64,000 nucleotides of DNA. Source: Candidatus Latescibacterota bacterium. Lineage in GTDB: Bacteria; Latescibacterota; UBA2968; UBA8231. Location of the stretch: assembly GCA_965215195.1 (NCBI GenBank), contig CBDCDC010000002.1:2784001-2848000 (forward strand). The letters are read 5' to 3'. Numbering within the stretch: position 1 is the first letter of the stretch; each line of letters opens with the position of its first letter. Shown here in pieces: positions 46,086 to 55,859 of this stretch. The notes beneath the pieces are model-generated. The model did no database searches. It saw only the letters and a program-made list of their open reading frames with translations, and was not told the origin of the DNA. A program made the position numbers and the translations under genes.

Positions 46086-48986
46086 GTGCCCCAAACCAGC
46101 GAAATCGCCTTCAACGTCCGGCTGTTGGATGTGCTGCGGACCAAGCATCCGCGTTGGCGCGAGCACACCGGCGTGGAGCAACAGGGCGTCCTCCGCGAGG
46201 AAGCACTGCGGCCGGACATCGTCATTCGCCCGCCGGGCGGCATTCCGCTCGTCTTGGAGACGGAGTTTATGCCGGCGCGCAGCGTCGAAGCGGATGCCCA
46301 AGCTCGCTTGGGGCAATTCTTGCAGTACAATGGCGATCGGATCGAGCAGACTATCGCCGTCCAGATCCCACGGGAACTGAGCCAAGTGCCACAGGCGGAC
46401 TTGGAGCAGCATATCGAGGCTGCCGAGTTCCGCTACTGCACGTATTCGCTGCAAGAAGCGGATACAACTGTGCGTTGGCCGGCCACAGGTTGGCTCGCCG
46501 GTAGTGTTGAGGATCTCGCTAGCTGTATTGAAAATGTCTCGCTGTCCGAGCGACTGCTCGCCGAGGGAACGCATATTCTGGAGCAGAGTATTGGCGAGGC
46601 TGCCGGTAAGTTGCGCGAAACGGCTGGCATCCATGCGCTGGAGAATATGGCGCAGTCTCTTCACCAAGAGGACGGCGAGCAAACCTCGCGCATGGCCATG
46701 GCCATCGTCGCCAACGCGCTCGTTTTTCACACCGCTATCGTGGAAGCGCACCGGATTGCCACCATTGACCAATTGCGCATTCCGGGGCGCAACGACGTCA
46801 GCAAGGGTCGTTTGCTCGAATGCTGGCAGCATATCCTCGATACCATCAACTATTATCCGATCTTCCGCATTGCCTCCGATTTGCTGCTGCCGATTCCCGA
46901 CGGTACGGCGAATGCTGTTCTCAATCGCCTTGCTCAGGCGGCCAGCGACTTAGCGGGGTTGGGGGCTACCACCTTGCACGACCTCTCCGGGCGCATGTTC
47001 CAACGGCTCATCGCCGACCGCAAGTTCCTCGCCACGTTCTATACGTTGCCCACCTCGGCGGCCTTGCTCGGGGAGTTGGCGGTGGCTCGTTTGGACGCGG
47101 AAACGGATTGGTCCGACCCGGACGCTCTCACGAGTCTCCGAGTCGCCGACTTGGCCTGTGGTACGGGTGCGCTGCTTTCAGCGGCGTACCGCGCTCTAGC
47201 GGTGCGCTACCGGCGGAGCGGCGGCGACGATCAGGCGCTGCATCAGCAGATGATGGAGCAAGCCCTTATCGCGGCGGACATCATGCCGGCGGCCACGCAC
47301 CTTACCGCGTCCATGCTGTCGAGTGCCCATCCGGGCACGACTTTTGGCCGCACCTGCGTCCACACATTGCCGTACGGACAGCAGAGTCAGGAAAAGCGGC
47401 ATACGATGGCGTTGGGGGCGCTCGATCTGATTGAAGAGGACGCCGCGCCGTCGCTGTTTGGGACCGGCGTCCACGTGGCGCACGGCACGGGCGCGGATGT
47501 GGAAACCGAGGGGAGCCAAGACATGATTCTCCCCCGCGAAACGGCCGATTTGGTGATTATGAATCCGCCGTTTACGCGACCGACGAATCACGAGAAGGCT
47601 GAGGTGCCAGTGCCGTCGTTTGCTGGGTTGGGAAGGACCGAAGATGAGCAGCAGGCTATGGCCAAGCGACTAGCCGAGATACGTCAGCGGTTGGCTAATC
47701 CGGCTGGACACGGCAACGCCGGGCTGGCCTCCAACTTCATTGATCTCGCCCACGTCAAGACCGAACCGGGCGGCGTCCTCGCCTTGGTGCTACCGGCGTC
47801 GTGTGTGAGCGGGGCTTCTTGGGGGGACGCCCGCCGCTTGCTGGAACGCGAGTACAAGGATTTGGCCGTGCTGACCATTGCGGCACACGGCGATACCGAC
47901 CGGGCGTTTTCAGCGGATACGGGGATGGCCGAAGCGCTTGTGTTGGCCACCAAGTGCCGTGCCGGACAAGAGGGATGCGGGAAAACGCTGTTCGTCAATC
48001 TTCACCACCGGCCACATAGCCTCGCGGAAGCCTTCGAGATGGCGCGGGCGGTGCGCCGTCTCTCGCCTCAAGCTCGGCAAGGACGACTTTGCGTGGGAGA
48101 CCACGAGACCGTCGGCACGTACATCCGGGCACCGCTGAGTCAGGGAGGCTGCGCGGCCCTGCGCGAAACCACGCTCGCCGACGCTGCCCTTGGACTATTA
48201 AAAAAAATGCTCCGGTTGCCGCGAGGATACGCTGCGACGCTGGCGACGACTCGTCTTGGGAACCTTGGCGAGAAGGGGCTACTCCACCGCGACATCTCCG
48301 GGAGAAACAGCAACGGCACTCCGCGCGGGCCGTTTGAAATCATCCCCATTCAGGGCGTACCGCAGTATCCGGTGTTGTGGGGACACAACGCCGAGCGCGA
48401 ACGGAGCCTCGTCGTCCCGCCCGATAGCGAGGGCGAGGTGCGCCCCGGCTGCGACGCCCGCGCCGTATCCGTCTGGAATCGAACGGCTTCTCGGCTGCAC
48501 TTCAACCTCGATTTTCAGATTAACTCGCAGAGCCTTACCGCCTGCCTCACGCCGACCAAAGCGATTGGCGGTACAGCGTGGCCCAATTTCATCCCGGAGC
48601 GCGACGAGTGGACCCTACCTCTCGTCCTGTGGTCCAATACGACATTGGGACTCCTCGCCTTCTGGTGGATCGGAACTCGACAGCAGCAGGGCCGAGCACG
48701 ACTCACGATCACTCAGTTGCCTCGCCTGACGGTCTTGGACCCGCGCACTCTGAGCAAGGATCAGCTAGCCCAAGCCGAGAACATCTTTGAGCGATTCAAG
48801 GACGCGGCGTTCCTACCGGCCAACGAGGCGTATCGGGACGACGCTCGCCAAGCCCTCGACCGCGCCGTCTTAGTGGACCTGTTGAAGTTTCCCGAAGCAC
48901 TCCTTGAACCGCTCGCCATTTTGCGCGACCAATGGTGCGCCGAGCCGAGCGTCCACGGGGGTAAGAAGACGCGGATTGACGCTTAG
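46086..48986 (+). CDS. Type IIG-like restriction-modification fusion (nuclease + N6-adenine MTase + TRD)
   Basis: RPDIVI..LETE nuclease-like motif, FYT, DLACGTG, IMNPPF. Confidence 0.82.
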   Translation: MPQTSEIAFNVRLLDVLRTKHPRWREHTGVEQQGVLREEALRPDIVIRPPGGIPLVLETEFMPARSVEADAQARLGQFLQYNGDRIEQTIAVQIPRELSQVPQADLEQHIEAAEFRYCTYSLQEADTTVRWPATGWLAGSVEDLASCIENVSLSERLLAEGTHILEQSIGEAAGKLRETAGIHALENMAQSLHQEDGEQTSRMAMAIVANALVFHTAIVEAHRIATIDQLRIPGRNDVSKGRLLECWQHILDTINYYPIFRIASDLLLPIPDGTANAVLNRLAQAASDLAGLGATTLHDLSGRMFQRLIADRKFLATFYTLPTSAALLGELAVARLDAETDWSDPDALTSLRVADLACGTGALLSAAYRALAVRYRRSGGDDQALHQQMMEQALIAADIMPAATHLTASMLSSAHPGTTFGRTCVHTLPYGQQSQEKRHTMALGALDLIEEDAAPSLFGTGVHVAHGTGADVETEGSQDMILPRETADLVIMNPPFTRPTNHEKAEVPVPSFAGLGRTEDEQQAMAKRLAEIRQRLANPAGHGNAGLASNFIDLAHVKTEPGGVLALVLPASCVSGASWGDARRLLEREYKDLAVLTIAAHGDTDRAFSADTGMAEALVLATKCRAGQEGCGKTLFVNLHHRPHSLAEAFEMARAVRRLSPQARQGRLCVGDHETVGTYIRAPLSQGGCAALRETTLADAALGLLKKMLRLPRGYAATLATTRLGNLGEKGLLHRDISGRNSNGTPRGPFEIIPIQGVPQYPVLWGHNAERERSLVVPPDSEGEVRPGCDARAVSVWNRTASRLHFNLDFQINSQSLTACLTPTKAIGGTAWPNFIPERDEWTLPLVLWSNTTLGLLAFWWIGTRQQQGRARLTITQLPRLTVLDPRTLSKDQLAQAENIFERFKDAAFLPANEAYRDDARQALDRAVLVDLLKFPEALLEPLAILRDQWCAEPSVHGGKKTRIDA

Positions 48987-49418
48987 CTCAGATGCCGCGT
49001 ATTAAGGAAAACCGCGCTCAAGCAGGTTGCTATTCGAGACCAACGAAGTTTTGATGGTTGGAGGAAGATCGTATGACCAAAACTGCACGAGACCCGGGAT
49101 TAGACCCGACCTTTCTTGGTGGTACGGCAGCTTCGTCGTATCATCTGTCGGAATCATTAGATTGGTCGAGTCTGTCAGCGCAGATGAAAAACCGAGTAGT
49201 TCTTGTTCCCGCCCACATGCAAACACTGACGAACCTCGAATCACACAAAGAAAAGAGAATGGTGCGCCAAGCCTAGCATCTACGGTGACAGGCAACCACA
49301 GGACGGGCAACCCCCTGTGGTTACTCTACCATCGGGCGCGACCAATGGGATGCCGTTTGTAGAGGCGAACCTATGTGTTCGCCCGTTGGGGTGGGGCGCA
49401 TGAATTAAATACACGGGC

Positions 49419-49541
49419 CTAAGTACACGACACCCATAACTTGTCGTTGATGGCGATGAGTCCGGGATCGAGGGCGTCCCGCCCTCGACGAGGGCAAGAT
49501 GCCCTCGATCCGAAAGTAAGGCCCTACTGTCGTGTACTTAG
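49419..49541. mobile_element. 123-bp MITE
   Basis: 14-bp TIRs CTAAGTACACGACA/TGTCGTGTACTTAG; flanking 8-bp direct repeat ACACGGGC. Confidence 0.88.
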
Positions 49542-49548
49542 ACACGGG

Positions 49549-52500
49549 CTAAAAGAGCGACATCTGCTCGGCCCCCCGTCGGCGCGGCATGGCCACCTCC
49601 TCGCGCACGAGCAACCGAGCGGGAATCTCGCCCACAAACGGCGATAGCGCACATTGCACCCGCTCGCCATAGCGCTGGCGGCTGCGCACCCGCAGCAACA
49701 CCAACTCCTCTTCCGCTCGCGTCATGCCCACGTAAAAGAGCCGCCGCTCCTCGGCTAAGTCGGCGTCCCGCTCGCGGAAGGGGACGAGTTCGTCCTCCAC
49801 TCCGCAGATAAATACCACTGGAAACTCCAAGCCCTTGGCCGCGTGCAAGGTCATCAGCGCAACGGCCTCCGGGCCTTGGGGGCCGCCTCGCTCCTCGTAG
49901 TCGGCCTCCGCGCCTAGGAGCACGGTCTCCAAAAGCTGCGCGAGCGTTCCGGCCGCGTCTCCTACTCGGGCCAAGTGCTGCAAGTCCTCGTCCTCCAGGT
50001 CGCCGAACTCGGCCTGCCAGCGGCGCACCCAAGCACCCGCCCCCTCCTGCGCGGCCCATTGCCTGTACTCTGCTATCCGCGCCTCTAGCGCCTCAATCTG
50101 GTCTTGGGCCGCGGCCGACAGTTCCCCCCGTCGCACTTGGCGCAAAATGTGCGGCTCCGCGCCCATGGCCTCTAGCGCCTGCCAGCGGCGCACGTCCTCT
50201 TGCGAGATCGAGGCGTAGCGGGCAAACGCCAACGCGGCCCGCACGGCCGGCGCTTGCAGAAAGCCCTTCTGCCCGACGAGCCGGTAGGGCAGGCCCTCCT
50301 TGCGGAAGCACTCCTCTAGCACCCGGCCCTGTTGGCCGGTGCGGAAGAGCACGGCAAAGTCGGCGAAGCTGCGTGTGCCCTCTGCGCCAGCATCGGTTTG
50401 CACCATATCGGTGCCGCCGACCATGCGGGCAATCTCTCGCACCACTGCAATGCCCTCGGCCGTCTCGCCCGGCACCTCGATGAGGCGGATTCGCACCTTT
50501 CCCGGACGCATGGCTGCGAGTTCAATGGGCTCGCGCCCGGGATTGTGGCTGATGACGGCAGCAGCGGCCTCGACAATGTGCCCCTGTGAGCGATAATTCG
50601 CGCCTAGATGGAAGAGCTGCGTGCCCGAGAAGCGGTCGCGCAAGTGGGCGAAGTGGACGGGCGACGCACCGCGGAAGCTGTAGATCGCTTGATCGGGATC
50701 GCCGATGGCCATCAGGCCCGCGCCTTCGCCCGCCAACTGGAGGACCAACCTATACTGTGCGGCGTTGAGATCTTGAAACTCGTCTATTAGCAGATAGGGG
50801 AAACGCGCTCGCACCTGTTCCCGCACGGCTGCATCCGCTTCTAAAAGGCGCAGCAAATCCAAGAGAATGTCGTCGTAGTCGCAGGCCCCGTACGCGTGTA
50901 GGGCCGCCTGATAGGCGTCGTAGTGCGGTCGCCACGCCTCGGCCACCTCATCCGGCCCTTGCGCGGCAGCCTTGGCCAGCGAGATGGCTCGACTGGCGGC
51001 GACCGGCCCCGGCAAATTGGCGTCTGTTAGTGCCCCTTCCAACACCCGGCGCGCTTCCACCTCGTCGAGCACCAGCTTTGGCTCGCAGCCCAACTGGCGC
51101 AAGAGCGACAACGCCACGCGGTGGAAGGTCCCCACCTGCATCGCGCCCAGCCCGGACTCACCGCCCAACAACGCGCTCAGCCGCTGCCGCATTTGTCCAG
51201 CCGCCCGGCGGGTAAAGGTAATAGCCATAATTTGCCCCGGGTCCACGCCGCTTGCGACCAGCCGGGCAATGCGCCGCGTCAGCACCCGGGTCTTGCCCGA
51301 CCCTGGCCCGGCCACGACCACCAAAGGCCCCCCTGCGGCTTCTTCGACTTGCCGCTGTGCAGGGTCAAGCGCGTCTGCGTCCTGTTCCGCCGGTGAGGTG
51401 CTAGCGGGCCTTGGCGACGGCACCGCTGAAACGTGGACTTCCTCAGCCATCTTAGCAGCCGCCGGTCCCAAGTCGAACAGCGCACCTTGCCCTTTTAAGC
51501 GCGTCCGCTCCTCCTCGCTGAACACGCTGATCGCGCCGTATTCCCCGTCGTGGCCGGGGTAGATTTCGACTTCGCCGCAGCGCATCCGGCGTACGCCCTC
51601 GGCCACCAACGGCCCGGCGCAGCTTTCAATCGCAGCGCATCCGGCGCGGCGCAATACTTCGAGTTCTGGACCCAACTCGGCCAAGAGCCGGTCGTACACG
51701 GCGCGGACTTTTTTGCTCTTGGGTCCAACGCCCACCGCGGCGCCGATCACTTCGTCGAGTGGGATCAAGTACTCGTAGGGCGGGGCAACATCCGGGCGAA
51801 ACCCCTCCGGGCGATCGGCCAGCCGCTCCACTCGGTGCAAAACCCCCACCGTCAGCTTGCGTCCACACACCGGGCAGATTCCCGCGGCGGCCAGCGTTTG
51901 CGCCGGCTTGTAGCACACCGCGCACTTGCGATGTCCGTCGTAGTGGTATTTGCCTTCTTCGGGGTAGAACTCCAAGGTGCCCAAAAAGCGCGCTGGGTCG
52001 CGGTCTTTGAGTGCAGAGTAGATGCCCGGATACGAGCACTCGGTGTCAAAGCACGTGGCCTCGCGGGCCAGTTTTTGTGGAGAGTGGGCGTCGGAATTGG
52101 ATACGATCGCATAGCGGTCGAGAGCCGACAGCCGCCAGTTCATCGGCGGGTCTGAGGACAGGCCGGTCTCCACCGCGAAGATGTGCGGCAGCAGATCTTC
52201 GTAGCACTCCTCCAACGAGTCAAAGCCCGAAGAGGCCCCCAACGCGGCAAAGTGCGGCGTCCATATATGGGCCGGGACGAAGAGCGCGTTTTCGTCGGTT
52301 TCGAGACAGATCTCCAAAAGATCGCGGCTGTCCAGCCCCAAGATGGGCCGGCCATCGGACTGCAAGTTGCCAATGGCACCGAGGCGGTGGTTGAGTTGAG
52401 CGGCGGATTCGAAGGTGGGCAAGATGACGACGTGGTGGATCTTGCGGGTCTTGTCGCCCTTCTTGTAGATGGTGCTGATTTCCACCGAAAGCATGAAGCG

Positions 52501-52758
52501 CACTTCCCGACGACAGCGCTCGGGCAGTTCTCGTTCCACCGCTTCGCGCCAAGCGGCTTTGAGCTGGTACAGGCCCTCTTCGGCCGGTTCGAGTTGCTCT
52601 GACAGCTCGGCAAACCACGCTGGATGCGTGTAGTCCCCGGTGCCGACCACGTCGACGCCCTTGAGCGCCGACCACTTGTGCAAGTTGGAGGGGTTGAGGT
52701 CGCGGCTGGTTGCTCGCGCAAAACGCGAGTGCAGATGTACGTCGATTGTGAACTGCAT
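49549..52758 (-). CDS. PHP/endonuclease Q-like domain fused to UvrD/Rep helicase
   Basis: DVHLHSRF, PAHIWTP, SNSDAHS, CPVCG; AGPGSGKT, IDEFQD, GDPDQAIYSFRGA, TLHAAKGLEF. Confidence 0.9.
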   Translation of the reverse strand: MQFTIDVHLHSRFARATSRDLNPSNLHKWSALKGVDVVGTGDYTHPAWFAELSEQLEPAEEGLYQLKAAWREAVERELPERCRREVRFMLSVEISTIYKKGDKTRKIHHVVILPTFESAAQLNHRLGAIGNLQSDGRPILGLDSRDLLEICLETDENALFVPAHIWTPHFAALGASSGFDSLEECYEDLLPHIFAVETGLSSDPPMNWRLSALDRYAIVSNSDAHSPQKLAREATCFDTECSYPGIYSALKDRDPARFLGTLEFYPEEGKYHYDGHRKCAVCYKPAQTLAAAGICPVCGRKLTVGVLHRVERLADRPEGFRPDVAPPYEYLIPLDEVIGAAVGVGPKSKKVRAVYDRLLAELGPELEVLRRAGCAAIESCAGPLVAEGVRRMRCGEVEIYPGHDGEYGAISVFSEEERTRLKGQGALFDLGPAAAKMAEEVHVSAVPSPRPASTSPAEQDADALDPAQRQVEEAAGGPLVVVAGPGSGKTRVLTRRIARLVASGVDPGQIMAITFTRRAAGQMRQRLSALLGGESGLGAMQVGTFHRVALSLLRQLGCEPKLVLDEVEARRVLEGALTDANLPGPVAASRAISLAKAAAQGPDEVAEAWRPHYDAYQAALHAYGACDYDDILLDLLRLLEADAAVREQVRARFPYLLIDEFQDLNAAQYRLVLQLAGEGAGLMAIGDPDQAIYSFRGASPVHFAHLRDRFSGTQLFHLGANYRSQGHIVEAAAAVISHNPGREPIELAAMRPGKVRIRLIEVPGETAEGIAVVREIARMVGGTDMVQTDAGAEGTRSFADFAVLFRTGQQGRVLEECFRKEGLPYRLVGQKGFLQAPAVRAALAFARYASISQEDVRRWQALEAMGAEPHILRQVRRGELSAAAQDQIEALEARIAEYRQWAAQEGAGAWVRRWQAEFGDLEDEDLQHLARVGDAAGTLAQLLETVLLGAEADYEERGGPQGPEAVALMTLHAAKGLEFPVVFICGVEDELVPFRERDADLAEERRLFYVGMTRAEEELVLLRVRSRQRYGERVQCALSPFVGEIPARLLVREEVAMPRRRGAEQMSLF

Positions 52759-53009
52759 GGTTGGTCTCTGTGTTGGAGGGGAATAGGTCGCGAGGAATAG
52801 CAATCCGCTGATTGCCCGCGTTGCAGGGCCATAGTATACTAGAATTTCCTATGGCCGACAGCCAGACTTAGGCGATGCCTTCTGGCAGAGCTGTGATTCG
52901 ATCCACCAGTGTGTCAACAAAACCGTCGCCTTGGCCGAGGGCGGAAGACCTCAGTAAAGGTTGTAGAAGTCTTCGGCAACGACACTGTGACGATTGTGGA
53001 GGTAGCATT

Positions 53010-54194
53010 ATGAGCGGGCCTATTTCCGTCAATTCCCAAGTTTTGCGCTGGGCGCGTACCAGCTTGGGTCTATCGCAGGAAGAAGTGGCTCAGCGCATGA
53101 ACAAGAAGGTTAGAGAGGTTGATACTTGGGAACGCGGCGAGACGTCTCCAACATATATTCAGTTGGAAACGCTGGCATACAAGATATATAAACGCCCTAT
53201 CGCATTGTTCTTCTTTCCCGAGGTGCCAGAAGAGGAAGCCATAGAGCAAGAGTTTCGCACCTTGCCAGAGGACGAATTGCTGCACATCTCGCCATGGATG
53301 CGTTACCTATTCCGCAAGGCAAGAGTACTACAACTCAATCTCGCCGAACTGTATGGCGATGTGAATCCAGCAAAACGCAAGGTGTTGCACGATCTTGATT
53401 TTGCCCCCTCTGTTGCCGCTACCGATATGGCGGAGCAAGTCCGTACTTATCTGGGCATTGAACTCGCTCAACAACAGGCATGGAGAAATACAGAGGACGC
53501 TCTCAAACGTTGGCGGGAAGTGCTGGAGGAGTGCGGAGTTTTTGTTTTTAAGGATACCTTCAATCCGCCAAGGAGGATGGGTACGGGCGATAGCCCCTTT
53601 TCTGGTTTCTGCTTGTACGACCCAGATTTTCCGATCATCTACGTCAACAACAACAACGCTAAATCCCGTCAGATTTTCACCTTGTTCCACGAACTGGCTC
53701 ATCTGCTGATGGACACTGGTGGGATAGATACGCGGCAGGACAACTACATTGAGCACATGACCGGCGACAATCGGCGCATAGAAGTGCTCTGCAATCTGTT
53801 TGCCGCTGAGTTTCTGGTCCCCTCCCGTGATTTCGAAGCGCGTTTGGCAGGCGTTTCTATTGACGATCGCGCTATTGAAAATTGGGCTAGTCTGTACTGC
53901 GTTAGTCGCGAAACCATTCTGCGTCGCCTGCTCGACCAAGGACGAGTGCGTCAACAGGATTACGAACAGAAGGTACAGCAATGGTCAATGGAGCAAACGG
54001 GAAGTAGGGGTATGGGCGGTAATTACTATCTGACTAAGGGAGCGTATCTGGGTGAACGGTACATTGAAATGGTGTTTAGCCATTACCACCAAGGGCACAT
54101 TTCGGTGGAGCAGGCCGCCGACTATCTAGGTGTAGGGACGAAGAATGTTCCTAAAATTGAGGAATGGCTCTTCAATCAGGGAACAAGGGCATGA
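53010..54194 (+). CDS. XRE HTH + ImmA/IrrE (M78) metallopeptidase
   Basis: LRWARTSLGLSQEEVA HTH; FTLFHELAH; GGAGG RBS. Confidence 0.9.
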   Translation: MSGPISVNSQVLRWARTSLGLSQEEVAQRMNKKVREVDTWERGETSPTYIQLETLAYKIYKRPIALFFFPEVPEEEAIEQEFRTLPEDELLHISPWMRYLFRKARVLQLNLAELYGDVNPAKRKVLHDLDFAPSVAATDMAEQVRTYLGIELAQQQAWRNTEDALKRWREVLEECGVFVFKDTFNPPRRMGTGDSPFSGFCLYDPDFPIIYVNNNNAKSRQIFTLFHELAHLLMDTGGIDTRQDNYIEHMTGDNRRIEVLCNLFAAEFLVPSRDFEARLAGVSIDDRAIENWASLYCVSRETILRRLLDQGRVRQQDYEQKVQQWSMEQTGSRGMGGNYYLTKGAYLGERYIEMVFSHYHQGHISVEQAADYLGVGTKNVPKIEEWLFNQGTRA

Positions 54195-54297
54195 CAGTCT
54201 ATGTGTTGCCGCAAAAATCCCAAATGTTTGTGAGCATTTTGGGGTTGATTGTACTAATCTCGAAGCATTCATGGAACGGGAGAAATGGCGTTTTTAA
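54191..54297 (+). pseudogene. DUF4411-type PIN gene, almost entirely deleted
   Basis: ATGA-coupled MTVYVL start joined out of frame to KIPNVCEHFGVDCTNLEAFMEREKWRF*. Confidence 0.7.
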
Positions 54298-55190
54298 GCC
54301 TGCCCGACCCAGTTGGCAACCACGATCCCCACAGCCACCAACCCCATGCTGGCGAGCAGATAAGGCGATATGGCCTCGCCCAAGAGCGCGGCACTCAACA
54401 GCACACCCACCACCGGCGTTACAAAGCTGAAGCCTCCCAATCGCCCCGGCGAATGGTGTCGGAGCAGAAAGACGAGGATGACAAAACACAGCCCGGCGAC
54501 GGCAATGCCTTGGTAGAGCACGCCAGCGACGACCGGTCCGGTTAGGACGTACTCGGCTTCGGCCTCCAAGAGTGCGCTCCAAGCGGCGAACAGCGGCAGG
54601 CTCAGCACGGCCTGCCAGAACAGCACCTGATAGGGGTTAAGCCCCTGTACCAGCCGCTTGATCACCACCTGCCGCAAACCCAACAACAAGCCGCTGGCGG
54701 CCACCATGGCGTCGCCGAGCAGGTACCGCGTCTCGGCCAATGAAAGTGACTCCCCAAACAACAGCACCACGCCGGCAAACGAAATGACCAAGCCGATCCA
54801 CCGGCCCAAGCCCAAGCGGTCGCCGACGAGCAAGTGCGCGAAGAGCGCGGTGAAGAAGGGGTAGATATTGATCACCACCCCCGAGCGGCTGGCTGTGGTG
54901 TATTGAGTGCCGGCGTTCAGAAGCCATATTTGCAGGACGAAAAGCAGCGCCAAGCCGCCCAGCCCCTTCCATTCGCTGGAGGGTGTGCGCAGCCGAATAC
55001 CAGCAAAAAGTGCCCCGACCCATACGGTCAGAGCACCCAGTGCGAAACGCAAGCCCGCCATCGCCGCGGGCGGCACCCCATCGAGACCCATCTTGATCGC
55101 CACTGGATTGCCGCCCCACAGCACGGCGGTCACAAGGGCTAGGGCACCGGCCTTTAGTCCGACGGCCTCGTTGCGGATCTCGTCGGCCAA
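54294..55190 (-). CDS. DMT/EamA family transporter
   Basis: LWGGNPVAIK, about 10 hydrophobic segments, LLGEAIS. Confidence 0.9.
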   Translation of the reverse strand: MADEIRNEAVGLKAGALALVTAVLWGGNPVAIKMGLDGVPPAAMAGLRFALGALTVWVGALFAGIRLRTPSSEWKGLGGLALLFVLQIWLLNAGTQYTTASRSGVVINIYPFFTALFAHLLVGDRLGLGRWIGLVISFAGVVLLFGESLSLAETRYLLGDAMVAASGLLLGLRQVVIKRLVQGLNPYQVLFWQAVLSLPLFAAWSALLEAEAEYVLTGPVVAGVLYQGIAVAGLCFVILVFLLRHHSPGRLGGFSFVTPVVGVLLSAALLGEAISPYLLASMGLVAVGIVVANWVGQA

Positions 55191-55191
55191 C

Positions 55192-55833
55192 TCAGTCGAT
55201 GATTTCGGCCTTGACGATGTAATCTAGGTTGGGAAAGTTTTCTTTGAGATAGGCGTTGCCGCGCCCGGCGATCTGCCCTTGGTTTGGCTGCTGGCCGTAC
55301 TCGGCGTTGATCTGGTCAACTATTTCCATCCCTTCCACTATCTCGCCGAAGGGTGCAAAGTTCTGGCCATCAAGGCTACTATTGTCTCCCAAGTTGATAA
55401 AGAGCTGGGTCGTGCGCGTATTGGGCTGGTTGGTTTTGGCGTACGTGATCCGTCCGCGCGTATTGCTCTGCTTGACCGGGTCGTCGAGGATATTGGCCTG
55501 ACGCCAAACCGCGTCTAGCTCTGGATTGCCGCTCAGGCCCCACTGCACTACAAAGCCGGGCATCACGCGGAAGAAGCGCTGCTCGTCGTAGAAGCCGTTG
55601 CGGACCAAGTTGTAGAAGCGGTCGGCACCGCGCGGCGACCAGTCGCGCGTCACTTGGATGACCACCGAGCCGACGCTGGTCTCCAAGCGCACGGCGAATT
55701 CGTCGGGGGCCTGCTCGTTGAAGGCGTCTCCGGTAGGATCCATTAAGATCTCCTTGTTTGCTTGCCCACCTTGACCGCCGGTTCCACAGCCGAAAGCCCA
55801 AAGTGCGATGATTAGTAGTATGCTCTGCTTCAT
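55192..55833 (-). CDS. Cyclophilin-type peptidyl-prolyl isomerase (lipoprotein)
   Basis: Lipobox AFGC; FFRVMPGFVVQWG, TTQLFINL, PFGEIVEGM. Confidence 0.9.
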   Translation of the reverse strand: MKQSILLIIALWAFGCGTGGQGGQANKEILMDPTGDAFNEQAPDEFAVRLETSVGSVVIQVTRDWSPRGADRFYNLVRNGFYDEQRFFRVMPGFVVQWGLSGNPELDAVWRQANILDDPVKQSNTRGRITYAKTNQPNTRTTQLFINLGDNSSLDGQNFAPFGEIVEGMEIVDQINAEYGQQPNQGQIAGRGNAYLKENFPNLDYIVKAEIID

Positions 55834-55859
55834 TTTTTATGCCTTTTTGATTGGTGTGT

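Noticed and set aside
49002-49362. Short ORFs downstream of the R-M gene (e.g. 49073-49276 with a GGAGG RBS)
   Set aside because: No recognisable motif; probably a decayed fragment, not enough support to call.
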